From assembly GCA_051362555.1 (NCBI GenBank), contig CM120646.1:2666001-2730000 (forward strand): a stretch of DNA of 64,000 nt. The letters are read 5' to 3'. Positions 52,401 to 64,000 of this stretch are shown piece by piece. The first letter of the stretch is position 1; every line of letters begins with the position of its first letter. Below the pieces are notes generated by a model. The model did no database searches. It saw nothing but the letters and a program-made list of their open reading frames with translations, and was not told where the DNA came from. The position numbers and the translations under genes are program-made. This DNA comes from Lingula anatina (Eukaryota; Animalia; Brachiopoda).

Positions 52401-53527
52401 GTTCAAAAGCCTGGGCATCTATTTTAATCATGACTGACATGACTGGCATGTAAACATAATAAGCTTAGTAATATGAGGAAATGCTATATAAGACCCCATT
52501 CCCAGAGATTAGATCGATCCAACTAGATCGACCTAACTCCCTGGGGGTTCACGCTAAATAGCTATCAGCCGAGCGGGAAAGAAAGTTAATTACCCCCTTA
52601 CAGCTTGTAGTAGGCGGGACGGACATTTAAGCCGGATTATCTGACAGTAATCTAGTGAGACTCCCCACGGGGATAGATCGATCTAAAATCTATGGGAATG
52701 CGCCCTAAGTGTGCATCTGAATTATAGAACACTACAAAATAATACTATTAAATAAATAGATAAATATATAAACGAATTTTAATAAAACTGAACGCAAGAA
52801 TGCCCCTTCCAATCAGTACAAGTACAGTCCCGACACCGCCCACCACTAATTCTTTCTTCCAGGGTGATAAAAAAAGATTTCATAATACACACAAAAGTAA
52901 CAAAGAAAAATATTGTATTATTCACCAAACAGATAAATTAATTCAGGACAAAAAACGAAACTAAAAAAATCCATTCAGTGCAACCATGGGCATGACGTTA
53001 TTTATTAATTAGGTGTAATTCCATACCTCCACAAAAATATTCCTTGAGTAAGTACAAAGTAACACCTGTTTCTTCCCTGGCTTTTCTACACATACTAGTG
53101 TTGGTGTAATAGGTGCACTTATGCTGAGCAGACCCCGGTTGATTTCTGTACTCCAGTGCCGTACAAGATGGGTTATTATTACAGTAACCCAGGCAGCAGG
53201 CGACGGAGGAACACCGATGGAATACCTCGCTTCCAAACGTCAAATTCTCAAACACTTGAAATACATAACTTGGGTCTGTAAGTTAATGGGGAGAAAGCCT
53301 TAATTCATGCATATTTTATAGAACGATCCGTGAACAAGCATTCGTTGAGCAGTTTATATGTGATGTGGTTCAACAACCAACGATTACCACTGAAAATAAC
53401 CCCAACCAATTCGTGTTGACATCTTGTATACGTTCGATAGAAGCAGTTTTACTTAAGTATGGAACCGATAGCAATCGACATGAGTATATAGAGCATGCGT
53501 GTACATCAGTACGCTTGGTCTCCGTAG

Positions 53528-53603
<76 letters not shown>

Positions 53604-55284
53604 CTTACAGCCACACACTAAAGGAGTCCTCTCGCAGTCCCATGTTTGGTCTTCAAGACATGTGCAATGGGCGCTTCCCATCACGTGAACACGTGGTAAG
53701 TCACAGGTATAGCTGATGGTGTGGCCAGGGTCATACTTGTCAAGTCCCGATGTGGTGGAGGCGTAGGCAGGTGTCTGCGGTCTTTTACAAACTGAAGTCA
53801 AAAAACCAATGCAACATGTACTGTATAATTTGCTCCTCTTTTTTCCAAGCTACAGACGGTCAACTATGAACAAAATTAGAGCCATCATATATTAAAAAAT
53901 CGCATTATGGGTAGGTCAATAAAGTTCCAGTAAAGCTTTGTAGACTTTATAGACTATGAATCACTGATACGATTGCAGATATTACGAAAAGGTAATGCAT
54001 AGTTATCCCCCTTGATTAACCCAGCTTACAGATTGTAAATAAAAATTGATATGTCTTGCTTCATGCACTTGCATTGACTTGCCATGCACAATGAACAATT
54101 AATGTTCGCCTTCGAAAGGTCATTGTAATGACACTGAGTGGCTCGACTGAAGAAAAAAAACATAATTCATCTTCTAAAAGTGTTGCTCATCAACAAAATT
54201 ATTCCGGCTACTAATGCCTCTCAGTATGGAGGAGTCGATTTTATCTTAATTTAAATGGACCCTTAGACTGGGTTCCCACAGATTTAGATCGGTCCATCTA
54301 GATCGACCTCACTCCCTGGGGGTTCACGGTAAATTGCTGTCAGCCGAGTGCCCACGAAAGTTAATTATCCCCTTACAGCTTTTAGTAGGCGGGACAGACA
54401 TTTAAGCCGGCTAAAATGACAGCAATCTAGTGAGACTCCCCACGGGGATAGAACGATCTAAAATCTGTGGGAATGCAGTCTTAAACACCTTAAACACCTT
54501 GGTCATGTCACTTTCGATAATTTAATTTAATTTAATTTAATTTTGTTTTTTGAACTAACATGGTCATTTTGATTTGCCACTTGATGCACCTGTAAGCCTG
54601 TGAGACATAACTTAAATATTTATAACGGTCCTAGGTAAGTATGAGAAGAGCCTTATACGGATCGAGAGATCAAATAAAAGTGCTCCTTTCAGTTATAATC
54701 AAAACGTTATCGGGTGACTCAGGGAAAGTTCCGATATTGCTCTACGTCCAAACGCATATCCTCCAGATGTACTGAGTTGATTACGTGGAAAGTCCAGCTA
54801 TACCAAGACAGAAACCAAAAAAGAAAGTGCGCCAATCGTCATACGTGAAGCCGTCAAGATAAGGAAACAACCTGCCCGAAGCGTTAACGTTGCCGACGGT
54901 AATATGCTGGAAAATTTTCAGCAAAGACGAGTGCGCTGTCTCAGATCTGGTATTGGTAAAGATGTGTGATTGTTACACCTTACCTTTCCCCGACCTGCGG
55001 TTGATAATGTCTCAAGTATAACTGGTATAACGGCGTGAGGGAAGCGGCTTCAGGGTATACCGCAAAAAAAAAAAAAAACGCATTCCCGAATACATGTATA
55101 ACTTAGGCCACCCCATGTCACACGTACACTACAGTGAAGTTATTGTCACCTGTGCTGGTACATGTACGTGTGTGTCCCCTCCCCCCCCCCCCCCCCCCCC
55201 CCCCCACACACACACCTAATTCTGCCCAATTTGTTCATACACTCCCTTACCCCTCACAACCTCCTATATTATGTTTTTTAAACT

Positions 55285-55328
<44 letters not shown>

Positions 55329-55433
55329 CACACACACACATTAACAAACAGACAGTTCTGACGCACCTGATGTTGCTTGATCGGCCAAAATAATGATGAT
55401 GACGACCCTAAAGACTGAGCTCTTAGCGGCCAT
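49418..55433 (-). CDS. Type-I receptor: signal peptide - CCP - PAN-like - EGF - 4x CCP - TM - tyrosine-motif tail, 8 exons, ~609 aa
   Basis: Exons 55433-55367 (MAAKSSVFRVVIIIILADQATS), 53791-53609, 53275-53027, 52219-52100 (CVHGVC..CLCFDGYKGGRC), 51752-51015, 50677-50636, 50272-50194 (TM AVAGIGVGGVLVIALVILLAVCCFL) and 49769-49418 total 1830 nt in frame. It is a paralogue of the 43011-47160 gene (shared TY.Y.D.V..TC..G.ELEG..G.S.I...C.ANG.F..IP.CV). Confidence 0.82.
52492..52705 (+). mobile_element. MITE family A, copy 4
   Basis: GACCCCATTCCCAGAG...CTATGGGAATGCGCCC with TAA on both sides. Confidence 0.85.
53531..53600. repeat. Compound (GT)n(GA)n microsatellite immediately downstream of the donor of the CCP exon 53791-53609
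   Basis: Direct observation. Confidence 0.95.
54266..54480 (+). mobile_element. MITE family A, copy 5 (variant TIRs)
   Basis: GACTGGGTTCCCACAGATTT...AAATCTGTGGGAATGCAGTC with TTA on both sides. Confidence 0.85.
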
Positions 55434-57414
55434 GCTGATGCGGGCACTGGTTTGTTATGTTAAAAGCGATTAAATGGCATGTATTTTGTTCAATATAGAA
55501 GAAGGAAGTATGTAGGCTATAGTGGTATGTACACTCAAAACGTGACCTAGATTAAAGCAAGAGATCCGCGTGACCTAATTCTGTACTCGTGTTTGTTTTG
55601 TGACTGCGTAAAAAGAGAAATGGTTGTTATCAAGCCTATAAGTAAGGAGTGGTATTCGGTTCAACATTGGCAGATCAGATATTGCTTTGGGCTTATTTAA
55701 AATACGACGGTCTGGTTTTCGTTTCATATATTCCTATATTTCAATATTCCTATCCATACATTTCCTATTCCTCCTATTTTTATTTATTTATTTATTTATT
55801 TATTTTTATTTTTATTTTTTATTTTTTTTGCTGTTGCGTCGAAAAAAACATTCCATAGAAATAAAGATAAATAACAAATTAAAGCAGTGCGCAATTTGGC
55901 AAAAACGAAAGAAAGACATTACCCAAAATGTACAGTATTTCCAGTAATGGCTACCACACTAAAACAGTCAATAAAAATTATGAGAGCAAATGATAACCAT
56001 ACTGTCAAGAGTAGATTACCCCAGGATATATACAAGTAAAAAAGTAAAGTCCATTCCTTGTGTATCGCACTACATATGCGTCTCAGCGCGTTTTACATTC
56101 GACGCCTGGGCAATCTTGGCCCTGATACAGTCTGGGTGATGACGCAATCGCCTCCCTTCAAAAATTCCATATCTTATACTGTTCGTCTTCATAGTGCATA
56201 TAGTGCTTTCCTGGGTAAATGTATGTACCACCAGGGGGACTGTGGGCTTTGTTATAATGGAATAATACATGTACATGTACCATAAAGAAAATCTTAATAA
56301 ACAAATGAGTCTTTGCATTTTATCAGGAGTAGGGGTGACAAGACTTATGGTGTTTTCTCTACAAAAGGTCTTCTAGCTGTGAAAAATGTATGAATGACGT
56401 ACAATTTTGTAACAGCAAAAATAAAATCTTGTAGAGAGTGAGATATGCTCGCGGCGGACGCAGATGACGTGGCGAAGTAAGAAAACATAGACCCTAAGCT
56501 TCCTGCTGCACCCGCGCTTTATCTACAAATCGATACATATATTGGTTATTACCGATACAACCTTATCCGTTTCCAGGAAATAATGTATGTCAATAAATCT
56601 GATTATAAAACACTTCCTGGACGTAACGGATTGTATAATTTACACAACACAAATGTTACTTATTGATTCTTGCTCGAGTCTCGGAGGTGCAACGCAACTT
56701 TAATGTTGTGTCCGCATCGGATCAAATATCCTGAACCTGAAACTTCAAAACGCACTTTAATAACTCAAATCTTTTCGGTGATACTACTGTAACAATAAAA
56801 AATAATGCGTTGCACTGTTTCGTGCCACTGCTTCTTGCACGTACAGGTATATCTTTTACTCTGTATAGCTTTTGTAATATCCCTGTGCAGCTTTTGATTT
56901 GTAAAACCCATATAAGTCTTCAAACACTTCAAACATTCCATTATACAAAAATGCTTTACTGGCCTTTCTTCTGTATACTAGCATTTAAAAAAATTGGAAC
57001 GTTTATTTTGATCGGATAAAAAGCCCCTCCGACGCCTTTCTTTTCGATTTCATTTGTTTTTTAGTTTACACATCCGGATCGATCGACTTTCATGTAGTTG
57101 TATTCGTTATTTAATACAATCAGATTGATAGGAAGTCTCGAAACAATTCAAATAACATTTGCATTACTGACCAATTATAATGATATGGCGCAGACTGCAA
57201 ATAATTAGGAACTGTCGACCTCATATCGATCAACACAGAGCGTGAGGGAATAATTACATGTATTATCCGCAAATACACGGCATTCTATCTCTGATATTTT
57301 CACACGAAATTGTTATAAAATTGTAATGCTTTCATTGATTGGTTTTGACGACAGTAACAAAGATATAAAACATCACCAGTTGATGGCCTTCTCTTGGCAT
57401 TGAGTAGAATACAG

Positions 57415-58186
57415 CAAAGTTAATCTGTTTACCTGATTGCATTCAGCAAGAGTCTCTGCTTTATTATTTTGAATTACACAGGACGGTAATTTCACTGTGT
57501 ACGAACCCTTAAACTAACAGAATATTCCGTTGACTACTGGCCTGTGGAGAAATTATTTCAGTAATGCATTGCAATATATTTGCAGCCAATATCATGCAGG
57601 AAACACTTTGTCATACACTGGTAGGACTTTGAGAGAAGAAAGGACATGAACTACAAAATAGAAAGTTGTCATTTATTAAAAGTATATCCAATCGCTGGCC
57701 GAGTTGATACGTACTGTACGTACATTACGTTATCACTTTGTGCGTATAGTGTATAGTGTGTTGTTCTCGTTCATAATTGAACGAATCAAGCTGCTAGGGA
57801 GACTATAATGGACAGCTCTATACAGCCATGCCTATTGCGCATCTGTGGTTACATAAACACCGGAAATATGAAATGTGAAAACAGGAAATGCTTACATTGT
57901 ACACTCAAAAACACAAAGCAATCCTGTCAATGACAGCCATCACGGAAACTGCCTAATGTCCGTTCAATGGCCATTTGGTTGGAATGCTATTTAAATAAAA
58001 ATCCTGAATTGATAAAACACTCATGCACTTTACATATGAGTCCACACAACCATTACGTTTCTACGTTACAAACGTCAAACAAAGTGTAAGGGCTCATTCT
58101 CATTGAAAATATATCGGTCTTCGTAGTTTGATCCAACTCCACGGGGACTCTTGCTGAATGCAATCAGTTTAACGGATTGACATGCC
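57415..58186. repeat. Inverted repeat pair (~45-bp arms, ~0.7 kb apart), probably an old DNA transposon
   Basis: CTGATTGCATTCAGCAAGAGTC at ~57433 and its reverse complement GACTCTTGCTGAATGCAATCAG at ~58146. Confidence 0.6.
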
Positions 58187-58719
58187 TGTTTCTATCGTGG
58201 AATAGAATGCAGAAAATGTGGTAATTACCGTACGATTATGTTGAAAGCAAGAGGGGACGTGTTTTTCTGTTAATCGTGTTGCTTTCAGCGAGAGCCACAG
58301 AGAGTTGAATAGATCTATGGAAAACGAAAGTTTCGCTGATAATGGACCCTTAGAGTTTTGCTACGTTTGTTAAACAATAGTTACTTATTTGGGTTAAAAG
58401 GAGAAGATATGGTTCTTCTGTTCAAACTTCACTTGATTATAAGCACAAATGAAAAGAACGCGGTGAATGTATCTGATATCAAGTGAAAATATTGAATAAT
58501 TTCATTTTGAAGCTGCTGTTTGATTGGTATCAATTTAAACTGCTGCATGTAACTGCAGGGACATAGTATAAAATAATGAAAACCATTCAAGTAACGCCTT
58601 GAGCACCTTATGTGAAGAGACACTTCCACGTATTTTAGGGTCGATATTACAATGCACTATGGGAAATCATTTCTCGCTTTTCACTTTGAAGAATCAGTAT
58701 TGCGACTTCATATTTGAAA

Positions 58720-59781
58720 ATGACAACGTTGCCAACCCGTTTCTCAGCAGCATGCATGCTATTAATGTCACTGTTTGGTGCCTCGATTTCTGCCTCTTCG
58801 TGGTTTTGGATCCAACCTCAGACTAAATTTGATGCAGATTTTATCCTTCATACAACGCATCCTCCATCTGAAAGTCACTGCGCTGGTGATTGCCTCGCTT
58901 ACAGCGGTTGTCGCGCTGCATATTACTGCGGTAACACCAAGACTTGTGCTCTGACAGATTCAAGTTGTTCCTCTGTTCAGGGCGGTTTTCTTTTGAGCGA
59001 TCAAAACTGCAACTACTTACAGACACGTAATCGCACAGAATCCTATTTGGTAAGTTTTTTTCATTGAATGTTGAAACGAGCTAGATGGATTGATCAAAAG
59101 TTATTTTATTAAAAGTTAAATCAAATCCTAGGATTTATCAATTTAGGAATATGATTCTACATAATATCTTTGCGAAAGATTCTTGCGAATATCTAGGGAT
59201 ATGGCAAAATGCACTTAAAATCAGTTATACATGTACCATTGATGTAATATAAAACGCAGCATACTGATAATAAATTGTTCGACCTCAACCAAATTCCTAA
59301 AGTGAAGAATTGGACATCTTATTTACTGATAGAGGAACGCAAGAATCACGAAAATAGCTTGCTTTGTCGTGTTTCAGGAATGCAGATGCCAGAATGGCGG
59401 GACATGGATCAACTCAACGGAGGCGTCTGATTCACAGAACAAGTGTGTCTGTCCCGTCCCTTACGGTGGGCCATACTGTGATAGGAACCGTGAGTACACT
59501 TTCTATAGCACCATGACCAGTTTTCAGAATAACTTTTGACCGAAAATGGATTTATTCTTTAGTGAATTTGGTCTTTTTAAACCCTAAGTAAGGCAATGAT
59601 GGTCTATTTAGATTGATCAAGGCTTTGTTATACACGTACAGTACAGTACCCAGTTTGTAAAATTGAATTTCTAAATCTGTATATATCTTGAACTGAAAAG
59701 TACACCAATTTTTCTTCTAAACGTTGAGTCCAATTATTTAAAGTTCTTTTGTGGGTCTAGTCGTATGTTTTTTTTTTTTTT

Positions 59782-59813
<32 letters not shown>

Positions 59814-62356
59814 GTCACCTTCATCTTGTGATATAATGTTTATAAAAATTTAATTGAAAGCAAAAGCAGTCACTGATGATAGTTGCTTACTATCAAAACT
59901 TTATCCTGATTTTCAATTTCCGTTTTTAAGTATAGTTCGATAAAGTATAAGCAAATCACATTTATATTCGTTTTATTTGGTTTCAGATTTGAAGATATTT
60001 TGTACATGTTTTAGGTGTGTTTCTGAGCTAATTAACGACGATAATAGACACTTCAGTGTCGTTTTAAAGTCATTTCATGGTCTGGGATATGCTTTATTAT
60101 CTATAATGTAATCGAGCGAGTAGAATATTAGGAATATACGTATATCAGATGGGAGCTAATATACACATGTATAACGTTGTAATGCGTTGTGTTTTAGTGC
60201 TTACTGCAGACAAAAATCACACTGAATTTATCTGGAATATAGGGTAAAATTACAGTCTTAACACCTACAGAGTAAATAACTGTTTAGACAGGTTTTGGAT
60301 CAATAGGCTGTTACTAGGATGAACGCAGGAAACAAAGAGGGAATAAGTAGTAGAATACTGTTTAATTCAGGAGGAGGAAATCATACTCTTACTCTGTAAA
60401 TACAACACTGAATGGAACGTAGACATGTCCAATAGTTTTTGTATTGAAAACTGTGTACAAGTCCGGTTCATTGGTAACAGAAGTAAGGTGACCTTTTGTG
60501 GGAGGTAGACTTTAGGTATACTCAAGGAAGTTTTCTTGGGTGAGACTAGAAGTGGTCACTGTGTTTCGTACTATGAGTTGTTTGCAGGACTAATGGAAGT
60601 TATTGATAGTTGGATTAGGTTTTTATTGCCGACAAGGTCAAAGGTGACAGTAATTCCACTTCAGACGAGCTGAATCAGTGGTCATACTGTAGGCGTTTGA
60701 GAAAGTAGACAGCTTGTAAAGGTCAAGGAATGTCGTGTGATAGAAAGAGATATTGAGGAGGGTCTTCGCGTGCACAGAAACAACAGAGCAATAACCATTT
60801 CAAGTGATTTATAAGCGAATCCATGAAATGCTACATTTGGGCAAAGCGCATTTTGGAGTACAATTGCAATGGATTTTACTCCGCACAGTTGTCGCAAAGA
60901 CTTACATGTACCAGTATAACCAAAATGCCATTTCCAGATGATGAGCAGTGTTTTAGTAATTGAAATTAAAACTTTGAATTCAGTGCGTTTTTTTCATAAA
61001 TGCGATCACGATGAAGGATTTCCGAAAATAATCTTAATTTCCATAATCCATTTATTTCCTCACATACTTAACGTTTCATAATGGCGATCGATACGTGACC
61101 GGGCTCAGTATTTTGCACTGATTTCGATTTTTGTCCTGTATGCCGAACGGTGTCCATTGATTTGTACAGGCTTGGCATAATAAAACATTTTAATAAAACA
61201 TTTTCGTTAGAGGTAGAGGTAAGCTCTATCCTAGATTCTGGACAATCGACGTCACGCTAACCCTGACCTGTGTGAACCTAATGGACGGCTCTTTACTCTC
61301 AGATGTGGAAAAAGCTGTGTACACAAACAATATCTGATAATAATATTTAAGAACACATGTAGATATAAACTATAATTGATACAATTAGTGTCTTGAATAA
61401 TTTCTATTTCTTTTACTTTGCATAAAAGTGACTTGCCCGCCGCAGTATGAGGCCCTGTTCCGGTCTAGTTGCTACAGTTTCAATACGACATTGACAGGGA
61501 CATTCGACGAGGCCAAGGCACACTGTGAAACGATGGGAGCGAGGCTAGTCGCTGTGAATGACGCAGAGGAGCACAGTTTTATTTCACAATACATTGCTGC
61601 CGATGCTGGTAAGAAAAGACTACCACTTCAACATTCAGTCACTGGCCCGTTTTTTTTCCCCTAGAAGGTGGGGGGGGTGGAATATTGCATTTTTTCGGGG
61701 ACACTTGCTATCAAATTTAAGGTAGTATGAGATAGAGAGAGTTATTGGGTTTTTGTCTCTTTATTATTTTGTGCGGGTGGGGATAAGAAGGAGGTTCGTC
61801 CAAGGCCAATATAAGGGAAAAGGCAATGTAACCCATATTGCAATTGCATATTAGGTTATTTGAAAGGTTTAATAGAAATGTCCACCTTTTTGTCAGAAAA
61901 CTTCTTCAATGAGTTAATACTTCATAGATTGTGACGTCTAACGGTCACTGTGTACCTTTCAGCACGTGCTGCTTGTTCCTGGTGGACAGCAGCAACAGAC
62001 GCAGCCTCTGAGGGCCACTGGACACTGTCCGGCTGGGGTGACATCCCGGCACCATTCACCGCGTGGAGCGGAGGTACGTATTCACACCTCCCCATAACAT
62101 AATATGCAAAGGTTGAGGGATAAAAATTGTTGGATCGGGGCCATTTTTATTTAATGCTTTTATATTTTGATTAAACTACCTAGTATAATTTCGATTCCCT
62201 ATTTTTTTGGGTTATTCTTTGTATTCATAACACAAAGTCATTGGGAATATTGGTATGCTGTAGAAATGGCACGTGGTCGTAACCATGGGAACGGATAAAA
62301 TCCCACGTGGCCACCGTTGTTTCGTCAGGGGACACCAAAATAAAGCACTTAAACAA

Positions 62357-62389
<33 letters not shown>

Positions 62390-62614
62390 GGGGGGGGGGA
62401 GATTTGCCACTCACATCGCGTAATGCCACGCGCTTTGCCAAATAAAATGACGTCACTGCATGCACGTGATACGCTTGCCCTTTCTCTTTTAGGTCAACCA
62501 GACAATAACGGCGGCAATCAAGACTGCTCGAGATACTGGGCTGGCGGAACATTATGGGATGATACAGCGTGCACAGCAGTCTTTAACTTTATTTGTGAAG
62601 GTGACGCGATATAA
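58720..62614 (+). CDS. Secreted PAN - EGF-like - C-type lectin (QPD/WDD, galactose-type motif), 5 exons, ~284 aa
   Basis: Exons 58720-59049, 59378-59489 (CQNGGT..CVCPVPYGGPYC), 61429-61608, 61963-62073 and 62493-62614 (GQPDNNGGNQDC..WDDTAC..FICE) total 855 nt in frame. A possible donor GAAG|GTGACG just before the stop could extend the gene. Confidence 0.85.
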
Positions 62615-63176
62615 GATAATTTTGATCTTATAAGACGAATAACGTAAACTATTTATAGCAGAGGGTCCCATTGGAGGGAAGGAGAGTGATCAAAATTCAC
62701 GGGAAATAAAATCATCAAATCACAAATCACGGTGAATAAAACTTAATTCGTATCTCACAGCAGATGCGAGTCCGGCGAGTAATTATAACCATCGAGTAAA
62801 ATGAATTCGTTGGGTCGAGGAATGTAAAGCGACATTAAACGTTTCACGCATCTCGGGGAATAAAAAGTGGCGTTCACAGGGAAGAAAAATACCCAACGGC
62901 GAATGAATGCTGACAGGATAACAAAAAGAGAATAATGACACATCTGCCAGTATTTCAATTTTACTGTTATTCAAGCATTAAAACACATACAAGGTTTGTG
63001 GACCACTAAAGCATCGCCTGGTGTCCATAGAAAAACTACCGGGTAGACAAGATACTGAGACATACACACATACACTCAACATATCAACACGTTTTGTCGC
63101 TGATTACAGTTGGAGTTTTTTAAAATGAACGCAATTCTAAACAAAGAGCCATGTACAATATCTAAAACACGAAGAT

Positions 63177-63297
63177 CCCTAACGAAAAAGTCCTATAGGA
63201 TCCTATAAGATCCTATAGGATCCTATAAGATTTTGGGCCAATTTCCTATAGAATCCTATAGGATCTTATAGGATCCTATAGGACTTTTTCGTAAGGG
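63177..63297. mobile_element. 121-bp near-perfect palindromic MITE (CCC..GGG ends, 2-bp AT flanks; EnSpm/CACTA-like)
   Basis: CCCTAACGAAAAAGTCCTATAGGATCCTATAAGATCC... is mirrored at the right end, with 11-bp internal repeats GATCCTATAG/AG. Confidence 0.7.
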
Positions 63298-63591
63298 ATA
63301 TCACAGACGAAGAGTGTTAGACCGCAACCAAATCTAGAAAAAATGCCTCAAAAATATTTACAAGTAAACATCAACTCGTATTCCTTTTTCCAAACTGAAT
63401 AATTTATTTGAAACTGAACCTGAGAAAGCTACCTGGGTTTCATTAGTTTATTGAGAATCTACGGGATCACGTAACTGTTTTTCTATGCTCTTAATAAAAC
63501 GCAACTCATTTCAAATTAATAATAATACCAATAAACATTTAGTGAATACCCTGCAAAGATTTTTGCGTTTTGCTCTGTTCATCGGTCTCAG

Positions 63592-63804
63592 TTACTTTAT
63601 TCTCGAGAACGTAACGACTTCTCTCCCTGTTATACTTCCGGTTACATCATCCATCTGAAAAATTCCATAACTCCGTCCTTCTCCATAGATGTCGCTGTAC
63701 ACTCTCACTTCCGCTAGGTAAAGATGGCGGTCTGCCATGAAATTGGGACCTATGGTTTCGTAGTGAATCAACACCATGTCGTTGGTCCCATATTCAAGTC
63801 CAGT
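63592..63804 (-). CDS. Probable terminal coding exon of a gene starting beyond the right edge; product unknown
   Basis: An acceptor TTTCTTTTAAG precedes an open frame TGLEYGTNDMVLIHYETIGPNFMADRHLYLAEVRVYSDIYGEGRSYGIFQMDDVTGSITGREVVTFSRIK* with coding-like composition. Confidence 0.5.
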   Translation of the reverse strand, partial: TGLEYGTNDMVLIHYETIGPNFMADRHLYLAEVRVYSDIYGEGRSYGIFQMDDVTGSITGREVVTFSRIK

Positions 63805-64000
63805 CTTAAAAGAAACGGGAATATGTCCGTGCTAACGATCTAAGATTTTTAAAAAGACTACGGTTTTACAAATATTATTAGTATTAAGAGTAATAAGTAT
63901 CAGAATCCACTCCAAAACGAAAATCTATCAGCATTCTTTTCTCTTGAAAGAATCGTTTCAGCGTCTGTAGTTAAGCGCTATTTACAAGTGGCTTGTAATC

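Noticed and set aside
54800-54970. Penelope GIY-YIG-like phrase IREAVKIRKQPARSVN on the + strand
   Set aside because: It is too short, with no adjoining RT or GIY-YIG core, so it may be chance similarity.
43011-55433. Selectin orthologues
   Set aside because: Selectins are CTLD-EGF-CCPn. These genes have a PAN-like domain rather than a CTLD before the EGF, and long Tyr-motif tails.
56805-56846. Signal-peptide-like exon (LHCFVPLLLART|GT) upstream of the secreted lectin
   Set aside because: There is no in-frame ATG, and the 58720 exon already encodes its own signal peptide. At most this is a non-coding 5' exon.

Overview
AT-rich, intron-containing animal genomic DNA, most likely a marine invertebrate; the species cannot be determined from the window. 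There are no prokaryotic features. Manual splicing gives nine multi-exon gene models plus a terminal exon at the right edge. In order: UNC-93A-like MFS protein (+); secreted PAN + ALK/LTK-type glycine-rich domain protein (-); two tandem-duplicated double C-type-lectin type-I receptors (+, the first frameshifted and carrying transposon insertions); a signal-peptide-less, tyrosine-rich transmembrane adaptor-like protein (+); an orphan 162-aa gene (+); two PAN-EGF-sushi type-I receptors (-); and a secreted PAN-EGF-C-type lectin (+). The main signal is a candidate modular immune-type receptor/adaptor cluster. Four receptors with two different ectodomain types share LY-x-[KT]-P and C-terminal EN[DE][LS]Y tyrosine motifs. 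One lectin receptor carries a TM + tail + 3'UTR cassette that is an inverted paralogue of the cassette of a sushi receptor, with three tyrosines differing between the copies. A LAT/PAG-like adaptor lies between the convergent receptor pairs. Several DNA-transposon/MITE families, a minisatellite built from a splice donor, and probable Tc1/pogo excision footprints (TACATGTA, TAGGCCTA) are also visible. All gene models and functions are inferred by eye, without database searches or expression data.
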